Of a DNA stretch of 64,000 nt, positions 26,392-39,020 are shown in pieces (within the stretch, counting starts at the first letter, position 1; every line of letters starts with the position of its first letter). The stretch comes from Lama glama (lineage: Eukaryota). The notes beneath the pieces were generated by a model, which saw only the letters and a program-made list of their open reading frames with translations, was not told where the DNA came from and did no database searches. The stretch is from NCBI GenBank assembly GCA_028534125.1, contig CM052817.1:35838001-35902000 (forward strand), written 5' to 3'. Position numbers and translations under genes: made by a program.

Positions 26392-27392
26392 CATGGTAGC
26401 CAGTCTCCAATGAGCCCAACCTCCTGATGGTCACACCCATGAGCAATCCCCTCCTGCGTGGTGCCAGAGTTGGTCTATGTGAACAGTACAATATAGCAGA
26501 AGTGATGCTATGTGTGGTAGGCAGGATCATGGTTCCCAAAATATGTCCACATCCTAATCTCCACATTCTAAACCTATGAATATGTTGAATAAATTACCTT
26601 ACATGGCAAAAGGGACTTTGCAGACGTGATTAAATTAAAAATCTCACAAATGGGAGATTATCCTGGATTATCTGGATGGGTCCAATGTAATCAAAAAGAT
26701 TCTTAAACAATGGAAGGAAGTCAGAATCAGAGATCTGAGGATGTTTCACTGACAATTTTGAAGATAAAGGAAAAGATCTTGAGCTAAAGAATGCAGACGG
26801 CTTCTAAAAGTTAGAAAAAGTCAAGGAAATGAATCTCTCCTATGGGTTCCGAAAGGGACACAGACCTGCCAACACCTTGATTTTAACTCAAAGGAACTCA
26901 TTTTGGAATTCTGGTGTCCAGAACTGTAAGGTAGTAAATTTGCATTGTTGAAGCCACTAAGTTTGTTGTTATTTGTCACAACAACAGTAGAAAACTAATA
27001 CAGTATGTCACTCCCAAGATTGGGGCCATAAAAGACTGTGGCTTCTGTCTCGGGCTCTTTGTCTGTCTTGCATGGCTCACTCTGAGGGAAGGTAGTGCAC
27101 TGTCATAAGGACACCCCGGCAGCCTCAGGAGAGGCCCGCTCCACAAGGAACTGAAGCCGACTGACGAGCCAGTGAGCTGGAAAGCAGATGCTTCTGCCCC
27201 GGTCAAACCTGAGCAGACTGCAGCCCAGCTGATCGTTTGATTGCAACCTCATGAGAGTCTCTGAGCCAGAACCACCCAGCTAGGCTGTTTCTGGATTTCC
27301 AAACTACAGAAACTTTGAATAATAAATATTTGTTGCTTTAAGTGGCTCATTTTCAGGGCGATTCGTAGCACTGCATTACATAACTATAATAC
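26392..27392 (+). mobile_element. MaLR LTR (MLT1F-like) interrupted by a nested LTR
   Basis: MaLR sequence at 26392-26512 resumes at 27003. Confidence 0.75.
26513..27002 (+). mobile_element. Nested MaLR LTR (MLT1D-like)
   Basis: tgtggtaggcag...aactaataca termini; 5-bp TSD ctatg / gtatg. Confidence 0.85.
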
Positions 27393-27399
27393 CGTATCC

Positions 27400-27955
27400 T
27401 GGACGGTGTCCTCCCACAAGCAACCAGGCTGACTTGTGTGAGTGAGCAGTAGAATGTGGCAGAAGTGATGGGGTGAGACCAGATGCCGAAGATACGTTCT
27501 CAAAACGAATGCAACTTCTTTAAACTCGTGCATAGTCCACTGTAAGGAAGGACAGCTGCTGTGTCACAAGGGCACTCACGCAGGCTGTGGAGGAACCAAC
27601 TGGCTCGCACCACCTTGACACCATGTGAGAGCCACCTTGGAAGGACATCCTCCAGCTCCAGTCAGGTTTTCAATGATTCCAGCCCTTCTGCTGCAAGTCG
27701 TTTACTCAGGGCCCCCGACATTGCAGAGCAGGGGCCAGCCACGCCAGCTGTGCCCTTACTGAATTCTTGACCCACAGGAAGTGTGTGATAGTAAATGTTG
27801 AGGTTTTTAAATTTATTTTTTTATTGAAGTATAGTCAACTTACAATGTTGTGTCAGTTTCTGGGGTACAGCATAATGTTTCAGTCATACATATACTTCTT
27901 GTTTTAATCCCCTTAGTTTTGAATGATTTGTCATGTAGCAATGGATAACTAGTAC
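27400..27955 (+). mobile_element. MaLR LTR (MLT1G/H-like) with a short antisense L1 tail at about 27805-27895
   Basis: ctgaattcttgacccacag...gtagcaatggataactagtaca. Confidence 0.65.
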
Positions 27956-28032
27956 AAATGCATTAAATATTTAATATCTTCCAATTGTATTTTAGAAAAA
28001 TACTTTTTCATGTCTATAATGTGTGTTAGTAC

Positions 28033-29119
28033 CTTTTCAAAATGTTGATTTAGATGTGCAAGCAACTATTTTCACTCTGTTTCCTATGACCAGAATCTCG
28101 GTCGGTATTGTGTAATGTGGATAGCAGAGAGAATCTGTAGCAACAGAGATGTGTGGCAGCATATGCATATAATTCTCACATGTAGCAGGCTGGCTTCTTG
28201 GTAAGAAAGTAGCTTCTGTTTTGGACATAGAGCAGCTTTATTTTTAAAGTCAGATCTCCTGATGGCAGGAATCTCTAGTCGATAATGTCAGTTTGTTCTC
28301 ACATTCCTTATTTCACTTAGTTGGACATGGAAATGAGACTTAGTGGCAGTAACCAGTTAAAAGCAACGTAATCACTTCCTGTGTAACTCCTGGTCTCTTG
28401 TGAATTCAGTTAGTCTTTTCAAATTCCAAACTTCCTTTCTGGACAGCAGCCCCTCCCACATGTTCTCTTCCCTTTCTCTCATTCACCCCAAAAGAGGGGC
28501 TGGATCCAGGAAGAAGCTTATGTAATGTCTTGTAATGCTGGTGGGGGCGCCTGTGTGATCTGTGCATTGCCCTCTCGTATTTACTGGCTGCAGCTTGGCC
28601 AACCTCAACTTGGGACATTCTCCGTTCTTACTGCACTGGCTGCTGAGGCACCCAAGGCTGGCGTAACTGGAGAAGACTATTCTCTTGCACAGTCAGTTCA
28701 TGGTCTCCCCACTTTCCGCATTACTCCCTCCTTGTTCTTACCCTTGACTCACACACTAGCGCTGCTTATCTACTGAAACTTTAGCATCGTATCATGTCAC
28801 CCCACAGCCTCACAACAGCATCCACTCTCTCCCTAAACTGGAGACCCTCCGGCAGGCACAGTGGGTCTCAATTCTCAGACCTTCCTCACACATCCCAAAG
28901 AGCTTGGAAATTGTCTGTCTTCTCTCCTGCATGCTCTGGAACTGAGGGGCACTAGGGAGATGAGGACTAAATGAGAAGCTCAGTGAACCTAGCTTCTCCA
29001 ACTAGTCTGTCAGAGTCTTGCAGAATTTTGTAATAACTTCTTGCTTATATGAAGACAGAAGCAACTCCTTCTCTGGCCAAGAGAAAGCCTGAGAAAACTT
29101 TTTTGATATTTCAGATGCT
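28033..29119 (-). pseudogene. Pseudo-exon E8 (about 1087 nt, large, frameshifted)
   Basis: Acceptor ttaattgtctatacag|; donor AAG|gtacta; starts ASEISKKFSQAFSWPEKELLLSSYKQEVITKFCKTLTD*LEKLGSL. Three minus-strand ORF-track hits lie inside it (28810-29001, 28406-28618, 28037-28228). Confidence 0.55.
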
Positions 29120-29749
29120 CTGTATAGACAATTAAATATGGGAGACTTAATCATCAACAACTTAATCATCTACCATTTAGGTAGAATTACCAACATGAGC
29201 ACTTTGTAAATCCCTCCTGTGTGTATTCAGTCTGGAGCAATGGTAGATAAGTGCTTTTAAAGACCTTCTTATTCATGCCTACAAGTGTACAGAGAATTTT
29301 GTTTTACTATAGTAAAGCATGCCTCTTCATATCTTCAACAAAACAGCATGCAATATGTGGCCGTGGGTCATGTCCCAGACCATAAGCATTTATCATCTGT
29401 TCTAGCAAGGCTGGTATGACCCTATTTCTAGCCAAAGGCAGCTCTTGGGTTGGGAGCCCACGGGGTCCTGAAAAAAATTAGCGATTCAATCTATGAAAAC
29501 AGTGGAAGAAAAGAATGGAAGACATGTTGAAAAGTCCTGTGCAGATCTCCGTAGCCAAGATCTCACACTGGGCTGGGCCTCCAGAGACCCCAAACTCTGA
29601 GATGTGCCCCTGAGGAGCAGGTGCTGAGTCAGGGAAAGCTGACCTGGGAGACAACAGATTCTGATCACCAGCCCTGAGCTCATCGTGGAAAACATCTTCT
29701 CTTGGCTCTTTCTCTCCCTGCCTTCACTTGCCACTGCTCATTCCTTCTT

Positions 29750-30000
29750 AGCAGCATAAGGTAACCCTTAAGAGCACAGCTTCTAGAGACAGACATCTTG
29801 ATTCCCATGCCAGCTCTGCAGCTTATTACCTGCGAGAGCTTGGCCATGTTCGTTAGCCCTTCTTTGTCTTAGTTATCTGATCCAAAATAAAATGCAGATG
29901 CTGGTATCAGCATCCACCCCAGTGGGTTGTCGTGTAATTTTATAAATAAAAGTATATTTGTTGAGTCCCTAGAATGCTGGGAAACCGTAATTAATCATTA
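29750..30000 (+). mobile_element. MIR SINE
   Basis: ttaagagcacagcttctagagacagac...ccagctctgca. Confidence 0.6.
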
Positions 30001-30032
30001 TCATTATTTGCCCTCTATTTTGCCTTTCTGCT

Positions 30033-30441
30033 CTGGATTAGTCAACTCAGCCATCGTAACACAAATACCACAGACTGTGTGCCTTTAACACTAGATATTT
30101 ATTTCTCACAGTTCTGGAGGCTGGGAAGTCTAAGATCAAAGTGCCAGTAAAATCGGTTTCATTCTGAGGCGTCTTCCGTTGCCTCGCAGGCAGCTGCCAT
30201 CTTGTGTGTGCGCGCATGACCTCTCCTTTGTGTGTGCACAGGGGTTGAGAGAGAGAGATAGATCTCTGGTGCTTCTTCTTTTCTTCTTATAAAGACATTA
30301 ATCCTATCAGAGCACCACCCTTACGACACCATGTAGCCTTAACTGATCCCTTAGAAGCGTCATCTCCAAATGCACACACTGGAGGGTAGGGTTTCAACAT
30401 ATGAATTAGGGGAGAAGGACACAAACATTCATATATAGCAC
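30033..30441 (-). mobile_element. MaLR LTR (MLT1A-like)
   Basis: tttatttctcacagttctggaggctgggaagtctaagatcaaagtgccag. Confidence 0.85.
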
Positions 30442-30669
30442 ATTCCTCCCCATGCCCACACTCAATTTCTTCTTTTACCTCCGCTTCCTATCCCTAAAGT
30501 CACAACTAGATTTACAAAATGTCTAGAAATTCTCAGTAAATGTCACACAGACCAAAATACCTGATGCCATAGGAGGCTAGGTTCTTCACAGTTTCCACAT
30601 TTTGTTAAAAGATATCATCTGGACTGGTCACGGGCTTGTGTCCAGTTAGTAATAAAGAACAGTTGGTGA

Positions 30670-31085
30670 CAGTTACCTATTCTACAAACAGCAAACAGTG
30701 TTGCATAAAACACTACCCCAAATCTCAGTGGCTAAAAACAATAAGCGTTTATTGCTCATACAACAGGAGTCAGATGCAGGTCAGAGACTTTGGCTGTGTG
30801 ATTCTCCTGGCCTCTCTTGTTTGTCTGGGAGTAGACTGGCTGTTGGCTGGGGTCTCATTTTTCTGGGATTTATCTGGCTGGAACAACTCAGCTCTGCTTT
30901 CTAGGTCTCGTTCTCCGTGTTTCTCACATCTTGCCCGCAGGCTCTTGCAGGCATGTTCTTCCATGAGGGGCAGAGGTGAGCAGAGCCCAGTCCCCAGTCC
31001 TGGAAACAGACAGCAAAAGGGAACACTGGAGGTGTCATGGGAGGAATGAGGCGTCATAGCCATTTTGCAACCTACTCCACCAAAG
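30670..31085 (-). mobile_element. Older MaLR LTR
   Basis: aacactaccccaaatctcagtggctaaaaacaataagcgtttatt. Confidence 0.65.
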
Positions 31086-31534
31086 ATCATCTTACTAACT
31101 CCACCTCCCTGTTCCATTTTTTTTTCCACTTAAAAAAAAATCACAAGTTTAAATTAGAGAGGACATGTAATTAAAAATGGTGTATGCTGGTAAAAAAAAG
31201 TTTTATGTAATTCACCAGCTACCCTTTGGGCACACAGACCATACTGGTGTAAATGAGACCATGGTGCCCTATAGTAAGAAAAAAAGTCTTTCCTCATAAG
31301 GATAGTTTAATTTTTAATTCTTTAGGTATTGGGGGTTTTATTTTTGTTTTTTTAGGAATCATATCTAGACAAAGTTCTGAAAATAATTTAACGTAGTTTC
31401 TTACTGTGTTTCTCAAACTCAGAAACTTTTTTTATGTGTGCTATACATCTCACAGAAAAGAGCATGGTAATATATATAAGCAGGCTGAAAATTGTCAAAA
31501 GCTGTGTTTTGAAAATGTCCTATACTCTAATTAC

Positions 31535-31686
31535 CTTACAGTTTGCACTTTGCATCCAGATATGGCCAAGATGAGGGAATTCGATTTGGGGAAATTAAAC
31601 TGCAATGTGCTGCCACCTTGTGTACTGTGCCTCCAAGCACTACTATTTTCCATGTGCAGCTCTAGAATACTAATCGGAAAAAAATA
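31535..31686 (-). pseudogene. Pseudo-exon E7 (152 nt, phase 0 to 2)
   Basis: Acceptor tctttcccttcattgcag|; donor AAG|gtaatt (or ACT|gtaagg after 31540); open frame YFFPISILELHMENSSAWRHSTQGGSTLQFNFPKSNSLILAISGCKVQTV. Confidence 0.55.
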
Positions 31687-31723
31687 CTGCAATGAAGGGA
31701 AAGATATTTTGTCTTTGCAAAAG

Positions 31724-32197
31724 GCGAGGTTCTTTAATCCTTTTTGTGCTCGTGGGACTCTGGCAACCCATGGACCTCTTTTCATAATAATGTTTTTAAA
31801 TGTATGAAGTAAAATATTAGGATTAGAAACTATATTGAAATACAGTTACCAAAAGATTTAAAGTAACAAATGTGTAATAGAGTAATATGTATGCTTCATA
31901 ATTAACACATTAAATAGCAAAATCTAGTGGTGAGTCTAATAACTATTATGATCTTAAATTAGTAATTAGTGTGAACTTATTTGGGATATTGACAACATGT
32001 GATATGATAAAAAAAATGTGTGTCACAGGCTAAGGCCATTGTGGTTTGTTGCCTATATTCATACTTAAAGGAAAGGCTAAAGTACAACTAGAAATTATTG
32101 GAAAAATTGTTATTTTTCCCTGTCCAAGTTGACCAGCCACCTGAGTTCTAGCCATGGGCCCCTTGGGATCCAGAGACCCCAAGTTAATCATTCCTGA
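31724..32197. mobile_element. hAT-Charlie DNA transposon remnant (Charlie4-like)
   Basis: Degenerate termini gaggttctttaatc... / ...caagttaatcattcctg; family assigned from memory. Confidence 0.55.
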
Positions 32198-32529
32198 CCC
32201 TTAATGTAGTTTACATTTGATCACTAAACAAGGAAATATTAGACATTGCAACTTTCAAAAATAAATCTTCATTAAGATCCACAAATTCATAAAAACCTTC
32301 TTTGAATAAGATATTTTTAAAGAACAAAATACTATTTTTCTTTCACAAATATTATTTTTCTACAGCATGCTATAATGAACATTTATATAATATAGGATGT
32401 TTCTAATATTTTTATACCCATGGATTAAAGTATAGGTCTACAAAATACATACACAGTTTTATTTGATTTCTTAAGGGACTGACTAGATTACTTGGATTCT
32501 GGTCCAAGATTGGCCTTTCATTCAATAAC

Positions 32530-32700
32530 CTTCTACATTTCTCTCCTCTGAGTCTCGCTCTCTTTCCTTCCTTCTTTTCTCCCTTCCTTTTTCTTTGCTA
32601 TCTTTCTTTCTCCTTCTTCCTTCCCTACCTTTTCCCTCCTCCCTCTTTTCTCTCCCTCACGCTCTTTCTCTCTCCCCTTTATTTTGTTCTTTCCTCAACA
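32530..32700. repeat. CT-rich low-complexity tract
   Basis: About 170 bp of almost pure pyrimidine. Confidence 0.9.
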
Positions 32701-32839
32701 AACATTTAATAAGAGATGAACTCATGCTAATAACTATGCTCAGCAGGGTGGTGACCTCGGGACTTCACAGTTAATCATAATACAGCATGGCCCAGAGGCA
32801 GCTTGACCACATACCTAAAGAAGCTTAAGTTTCTATGTA

Positions 32840-33183
32840 CAGTCGGCCCTCCTCCATATCCGCAGGGTCCGCATCTACAGATTTAGCTAACAGTGGATGG
32901 AAAATATTTGGAAAAAATTGTTTTTTCAGGAAGTTTCAAAAAGCAAAACTTGAATTTGCCATACTCTGGCAACTATTTACATTCTATTTGCAAAGATTTA
33001 CATAGCATTTGTATTGCATTAGGTATTATAAGTCCTCTAGAGATGATTGAAAGTTTACGGGAAGATGTGTGCAGGTTATATGCAAATACTACACCATTTT
33101 ATATAAGTGACTTGAGCATCTGAGGATTTTGGCATCTCCCAGGAGTCCTGGAATCCACCCCATCCGATACAGAGGGATGGCTG
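32840..33183. mobile_element. TcMar-Tigger MITE (Tigger3a-like)
   Basis: TIRs cagtcggccctc / gagggatggctg with TA TSDs at both ends. Confidence 0.85.
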
Positions 33184-33189
33184 TACTTC

Positions 33190-33530
33190 ACTTTCACGGT
33201 TCTAAGGAGACCTGGCAATGGTTTCACCTGTTTTTATAATAGTTTTGTAAAATTTACAAAATGAGAAATTTAAACCACAATCAATTAAGACCTGTGTCTC
33301 TTTCAATTCCTACCTCCTCTCATGTTCATTGCTTTTAGAATGCCTAGGCATTGGAGACCCTGCTAAGCAAAAGCTGAGTAGGGGCTCTATTTAGTTTGGG
33401 TTTAGTGAGATGTATTTATGTGGGTCATATGCATTCTCATGCGCAGGGAAGTCTCACCCCCACTCCGGGATTCCCCATGTGCCCTATCGCTCCGGTCCCA
33501 GGAATTCCATGCTGAAAGTTCACAGAGACC
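33190..33530. mobile_element. Possible hAT-Tip100 (Zaphod-like) fragment
   Basis: atttagtttgggtttagtgagatgtatttatgtgg recalled as Zaphod-like. Confidence 0.4.
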
Positions 33531-33929
33531 GTGATGCTGGGTATGCTCAGCCTGACCATGGCATTCTCTTATTCTTCGAGTGAAGCATTCTCTGGGGCAT
33601 GATCTGCATTCTCCCCAGCTGTGGTGTTCAGAGGGGCATTTAAAAACCTAGAAGAGTCACGTTGAGAATGGAGCCAGCCACTCTGCAGCCCTTGGACATT
33701 CTGACATTCTCCGTGCTGCACCATTAATCACAGCCCAGCAGCAGGCACTTGGGCGGGCGCAGACGCAGGCTTTTACTGTTTAATCACTTCATGTCTATCA
33801 TCCTGTGGGTCACAGCAGCGCTTATCATAACCCAGCATTTTCCCCCAAGAAAACTGTACACTAGGCCAAGTTATAGCCCTAAAATCCAGTGTATGGCTTT
33901 AGAATAGTATTCAGTGGACATATACTTAC

Positions 33930-34047
33930 AAGGGCAGGCTGCAGTGTTGGGGGGATGTAGTGCCTCAGAATCTGGGTCATTCCCTAATCCACTTATACAG
34001 ACATCAAGAAAGACCAAGCCTTTTATTTCATGTCGGTATTGCACATC
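33930..34047 (-). pseudogene. Pseudo-exon E6 (118 nt)
   Basis: Acceptor gccattttttaag|G; donor CTT|gtaagt. Frame ambiguous: phase 2 gives MCNTDMK*KAWSFLMSV*VD*GMTQILRHYIPPTLQPAL; phase 0 is open (DVQYRHEIKGLVFLDVCISGLGNDPDSEALHPPNTAACP). Confidence 0.55.
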
Positions 34048-34154
34048 CTTAAAAAATGGCTTTTTAATGAAATTACTAGCACCTCCTATGAGGTATTCCT
34101 CAGTTCCTCCAGGCACAGCCAATATTTTCTTTGTTGAGTATATATTTTAAAGTT

Positions 34155-34267
34155 TTTCTTTTTTTTAGTTTTTTTTTTTTTTTTCTGACAGAGGTACTGG
34201 AGATTGAACCTAGGACCTTGTAAATGCAAAATAAACGCGTTACCACTGAGCTATGTACCCCATCTCC
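34155..34267 (-). mobile_element. tRNA-derived SINE, Vic-1-like
   Basis: Reverse A and B boxes (cactgagcta; gattgaacc) and a poly-T tail. Confidence 0.8.
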
Positions 34268-35054
34268 TGGCCTGTTGAGCTTAATATCATCATGGCAAAA
34301 TTCACATTGTATAGTGTTTGCATACTTGTCCAGCTAATCAATAAGACTATAATTGCTCAAGGTAAGAAATCATACTTTATTTACCTCTGTAAAAATACTA
34401 TAGAATGAACAGGCTATTTTTGGATAATAATCTTTGTTTTAATTGCTCCTTTAAAAAAAATCTTCCTGAGATTATAGAGCCATTCTATTAAAAGAACTAT
34501 GTATAGTTTACTAAACACAGGTACATAAATCTGTCTATTAAACAAAATAAGTTAGTTCTGAAGTCAATGCCAGTTTTGTTTTTTGGGTTATGGGGGAGGG
34601 GCATTTTTGCTCTTTCCCTCAAAAATGGACAACAGGAAAAAAATGAATCTATGAAAATTATTAATTCATTCAGGATTGTTGGATTTAATACACACACAAA
34701 ATTAACAGTAATTGTTAATATCATGATATTACAACTTGAAGTTACTAGTGAGATTTTCATTAAAAGTTTGAAACTTTTTAAAAATCAGAAATAACAGAAA
34801 GAGGGGAAAAGGGAATCTGTATTCTATTCTAGAATTCCAGTAGGAGATGAATAACAGGAGGGAGAATTAGTAGTGACAGCTGGAAAAAAGAAAAATTAGC
34901 AGTCCAAATCTCTAGAGCCTGAAAGAAGAAAGGATTATATTGAAAACTGACCTCCAAGGGAGAGGATGACCCAAGTGCTTAACCAGCAGGAGGGCCCATA
35001 TGTTACCTAACAGGAGGGAGACCTGAAAGATGCCCAGTCAGGGATTCTATCAAC

Positions 35055-35290
35055 CCTGTGATTAGATAATGAATGGAAATGTCATTGGAGTTAGATCTAA
35101 GTCTAAATCTTGGCCCAATCATCAGCCAGCAATGCAACATTAGGTGAGTTGTTAAAACTCTCTAAGCTTCGTTTTCGTTACTGTAAAATGAAGGCAACAT
35201 TTGTGGTTTCTTACAGTTTTGTTGCGTTGAAAAAGACAATCTGTAATTAGCATGATTTCTGGCAGAAAGTACGTTCAATAACATTATTTG
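35055..35290 (+). mobile_element. MIR SINE
   Basis: ttggagttagatctaagtctaaatcttgg...ctgtaaaatgaagg. Confidence 0.6.
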
Positions 35291-36514
35291 AAGCAAATAT
35301 TATTTGAAGATAAGGAGAGATCCTTAAGTAACTGTAGATAAGTAGATATTAATTAAACTATTAACCTCCAGGTTGAATCTTCGAGCTCTGAATTAACTAA
35401 TAGTTCTAGACAAAGTCATTTATTAAAGATGTTATGCCTTTTCTCTTTTTTTTACTCTTGGTAGTTTTTCTTAGATTCTCTTTTATTTTGGTCTGTTGAT
35501 CTTTCTCATGACCTCCTCATCTGTGTTGCTTCCAAAGTCAGCTATGATGGGATCTGAGGTCATACTAAAAATGTCTATGTGCTTCTGAAACTCAAGACCA
35601 GTCTCACTTGATGCCTCATTTAGAAATATTCCTACTGACTTAGCCACCCTAAAGAAGGCTCCTCCCCTTAGAAAACAGTGTCGACTTCACATGCACTGGC
35701 TTCAAGGTGTGTTACCTATCACAAGGACAGGCAACTCATACACAACACGTTCTGTATAACTAGTAATGGCAAGTTTGTTTACGGATTCAAGACAAATGGC
35801 AACTAAGCAGTAAACAGCTATCACTTCCTCCTTAGTAGGCTACTGTGCTCTAAGCAATGAAGATAATATTAAAAAGATTCAGAAAATCTGATCTTTTAAA
35901 TATGATAGATTGTGTTTAAGTCCCTTGTGACATGATGCAGAGAAAAAGTGATAAGAAGTTCAGGCTTCAGCTTGAGCATCAGAAGTCTGAGTGACCTGAC
36001 CTCTCTTGACCTCAGCTTTCTCCGCTGAGAAATGAGGCAGTTGAACTACCTGATTTGTTAATTCCCTGCTAAATGAGCCGCTGTGTGGTTTTATGATTGT
36101 GATGAGCACTTAAGGAGCCAAAGACAGTTTACTTTACAGGTACATTTGTCTCCCAGAATATAAAAGTAGGTCATTTCAGAAGATAGCAGTGGTAGTTTTA
36201 TTTTTTTTTTAATTATTAACAAAGATAATCCTTGAAAAGTGTATCAGTACAAAATGAAAAAAAAAAAAAAAACTAGGCCCAAGCACCTTGCTGAGACACT
36301 GGTAAGTCATTCACCAGCTTGTTTTTCACTCACTGATCAAAAATAATCTCATTAATTCATTTATACCTAGAAATTAAGTATTTATTTCTTCAAATCCATA
36401 GTACAGGATGCTCAAGACAAAAAAAAAGAGGGGGAGGGGGAATGGTTAATTATAGCCTCTGCAGTTTCTAGATGTGAAGACAAGTAATCAGAAAGTAGAT
36501 AAATCTATATGACA

Positions 36515-36957
36515 CTTGTATTCACTCCTAGGGCTGCTATAAAAGTACCAAAAGCTGGGTGGCTTAAAACAACAGAAGTTTATTGTCTCACTGTTCTGGA
36601 GGCTAGAAAGTCAAAATCAGGATGTCCCAGGGCCACGTTCTCTCTGACGTCTCTAGGAAAAAATCCTTCCTTGCCACTTCCTAGCTTGTCGTGTTTTCCA
36701 ACAATCTTTGGCATTCTGATACACCCCTCCAGTCCCGTGGCCATCTTCACATCTTCTTCCTTCTGTGTGTCTGTGTCCAAATTTCCCCGTTTTACAAGGA
36801 CACCAGTCATACTGAATTAGGGCCCACCTTCATGAACTAATCTTAACCTGGTTCAACTTGCAAAGACCCTGTTTCCAAGTAGGGCAATACTCTGAGGTAC
36901 TGGGGTTAGAACTTCAATGTATCTTTTGACGAGGACAAAATTCAGCCCACAACAATA
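36515..36957 (-). mobile_element. MaLR LTR (MLT1B/C-like)
   Basis: gggtggcttaaaacaacagaagtttattgtctcactgttctggaggctagaaagtc. Confidence 0.85.
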
Positions 36958-37244
36958 TATACTCTCCTGCAAGAAAAAAACCTTAGTGAATATACAAGAT
37001 ATAAAGTTTTGTCAATGACCAGGAACTGAAAGAAATGCCCCAAGGACTTTTATCACATGAATATACAAGACAGAGCTTACCAAAACCATCAGTAGATGTA
37101 GAGATACTGGCTGAGATGCAGTGTTGCCCAGCTGGCTGAGACAGTATCTTAGCAATAAAATATTGTAGGAATAAATATTCATATTTATAATATGATAGCT
37201 TGGATTTTTTTTAATCTTTCTGGTTTCCAGACATTTTAAAATGT

Positions 37245-37440
37245 TTGGCCTGTTTTAGCACATTTAATCCCTTCTATAACCCTACAAGGTAAGAATTATT
37301 ATTACTATGCCTATTTTGTGGTTGAGAAAATTGAGGCACAAAGAGATTAAGTAACTTGATCAAAGCCACACAACCAAAAGTGAGAAAACTAGGATTTGAA
37401 CTAAGGAGTCTGGCTGCAGGAGTGCTGTTAATCACTATGA
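37245..37440 (-). mobile_element. MIR SINE
   Basis: gagaaaattgaggcacaaagagattaagtaacttg. Confidence 0.75.
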
Positions 37441-37509
37441 ATGGTCCCCACATTTATACTTTAGCAGAGAAGCAAGACATATCACCATGAAATGACTTAA
37501 AAACAAATA

Positions 37510-37728
37510 CACTTGACCCTTGAACAATACAGGGTTAAGGATGCCTACCCTACACGTAGTTGAAAATCTGAGTATAAATCTACAGTTGGCCCTCCTATCC
37601 ATTGGTCCTCATCAGTGGATTCAACCAACTGCAGATTGCCTTGTCTTGTAGTACATATTTATTGGGGAAAAAATCTGCATATAAGTGAATCTGCATTGTT
37701 CAAACCCATGTTGACCAAGGGTCTACTA
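37510..37728. mobile_element. TcMar-Tigger MITE (MER8-like)
   Basis: TIRs cacttgacccttgaacaa / ttgaccaagggtctacta, TA flanks. Confidence 0.8.
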
Positions 37729-38844
37729 TAGTCTTTTGTGCATATCAGAGATCAAAATGTAAAACAGGAAAAGTGAAGGACAAAAAAGGTTGTCTTTTAA
37801 AAGGTTGGACTGCTACATTTAGTAATAGACTCCACTCCTTATGGTTCTGTGAGAAAATCTTATTAAGAAATTAAGTCTGACCAGCTTTTTATATCAAATA
37901 TATTAAAAGATCATTATTTTATAAAAGGATGCTAATTAAAAATAAAGATGAGGTAACATTGGTTTATACTTGATCCCAAACAAATACTGTTCTATTTTAT
38001 GTCAGGAAAAATCTTTCTCTTTTCATTAATGTTAAAGACATGAGGTAATCACATTAAAGGCTTATTATTCAAGCCTTTATGTAGATTAAAAATATTTTAA
38101 AATTATTGATGCTTTTGTTCATAAAACAGTTTTTGTCAGCCAGAAATATAAAAAGGCTAGCCTATAAAGATGTGTTCTTTATATATGATAGCTGGTCTGG
38201 ATATCACCTGAGGTTTTGGGTCTTTCATTTCTCTATATCTGATAGCAGATGTAGTCTGAAAATACAAACTGAAATAAACCTGAGGCGGGGGGAGGGAGGA
38301 GAGGCTATTTTTAAAGTGAGGAAATTAATTAATAATACTATTACCATTATTGGTAGATTTAGCATTTTTATATACGTAGTTTTAGAATAGATTGTCAATA
38401 TGCAGAAAGGTTTTCATTAGTCCAGGTCAATCTGAATATATAAAGCTGAAATAAAACTGGACACTTTAAGAAAAATAACTCTAAGAACTACTTCTTTAAG
38501 TTTCAATCTAGAAAACAGCACTATCAGATCAGTGTGACTTTGAGTCCAGATATATTTTGAGAATAATTTACCCTGATGTTCAGAAAACTCTGGGAGCTGA
38601 CTGCCATCATAATTGCCTATTTTTGATGAATCAGTAGCAAGTCCAAAACATGCTTCTCTCCGGTTCCTCCCCTTGTTGCCCCTAACATTGTGTCTATTCC
38701 AAGAACTATGAACTTAATTTCAGAGGCAGTTGAAGCTATTTAAGTGTTGGCTGTTGTGATCATATTCTGTTAAGTGTTTGAGTTTAACAAACAGAGAATC
38801 CCCCCGATTCAGAATACAGCGGTGATTTTTAAAAAATCGCAAAA

Positions 38845-39020
38845 TCCTGTCCTGCCACTGTATGACCTGAAGAAGGTATTCAGTCCCTTTAAGCCCTAGT
38901 TTACTCATCAGTAAAATTAGGATAATAACAATATTTATTTTACTGAATTATTGAGAGGATTAAATGAGGTAAAGAAACGGAATCAATCCAAGCATAAAGT
39001 ACTTATACAACATATTATCT
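38845..39020 (+). mobile_element. MIR SINE
   Basis: agtttactcatcagtaaaattaggataataa...gagaggattaaatgag. Confidence 0.7.

Noticed and set aside
30636..31129. Overlapping 137-aa and 119-aa ORFs
   Set aside because: Inside a MaLR LTR with no protein signature.
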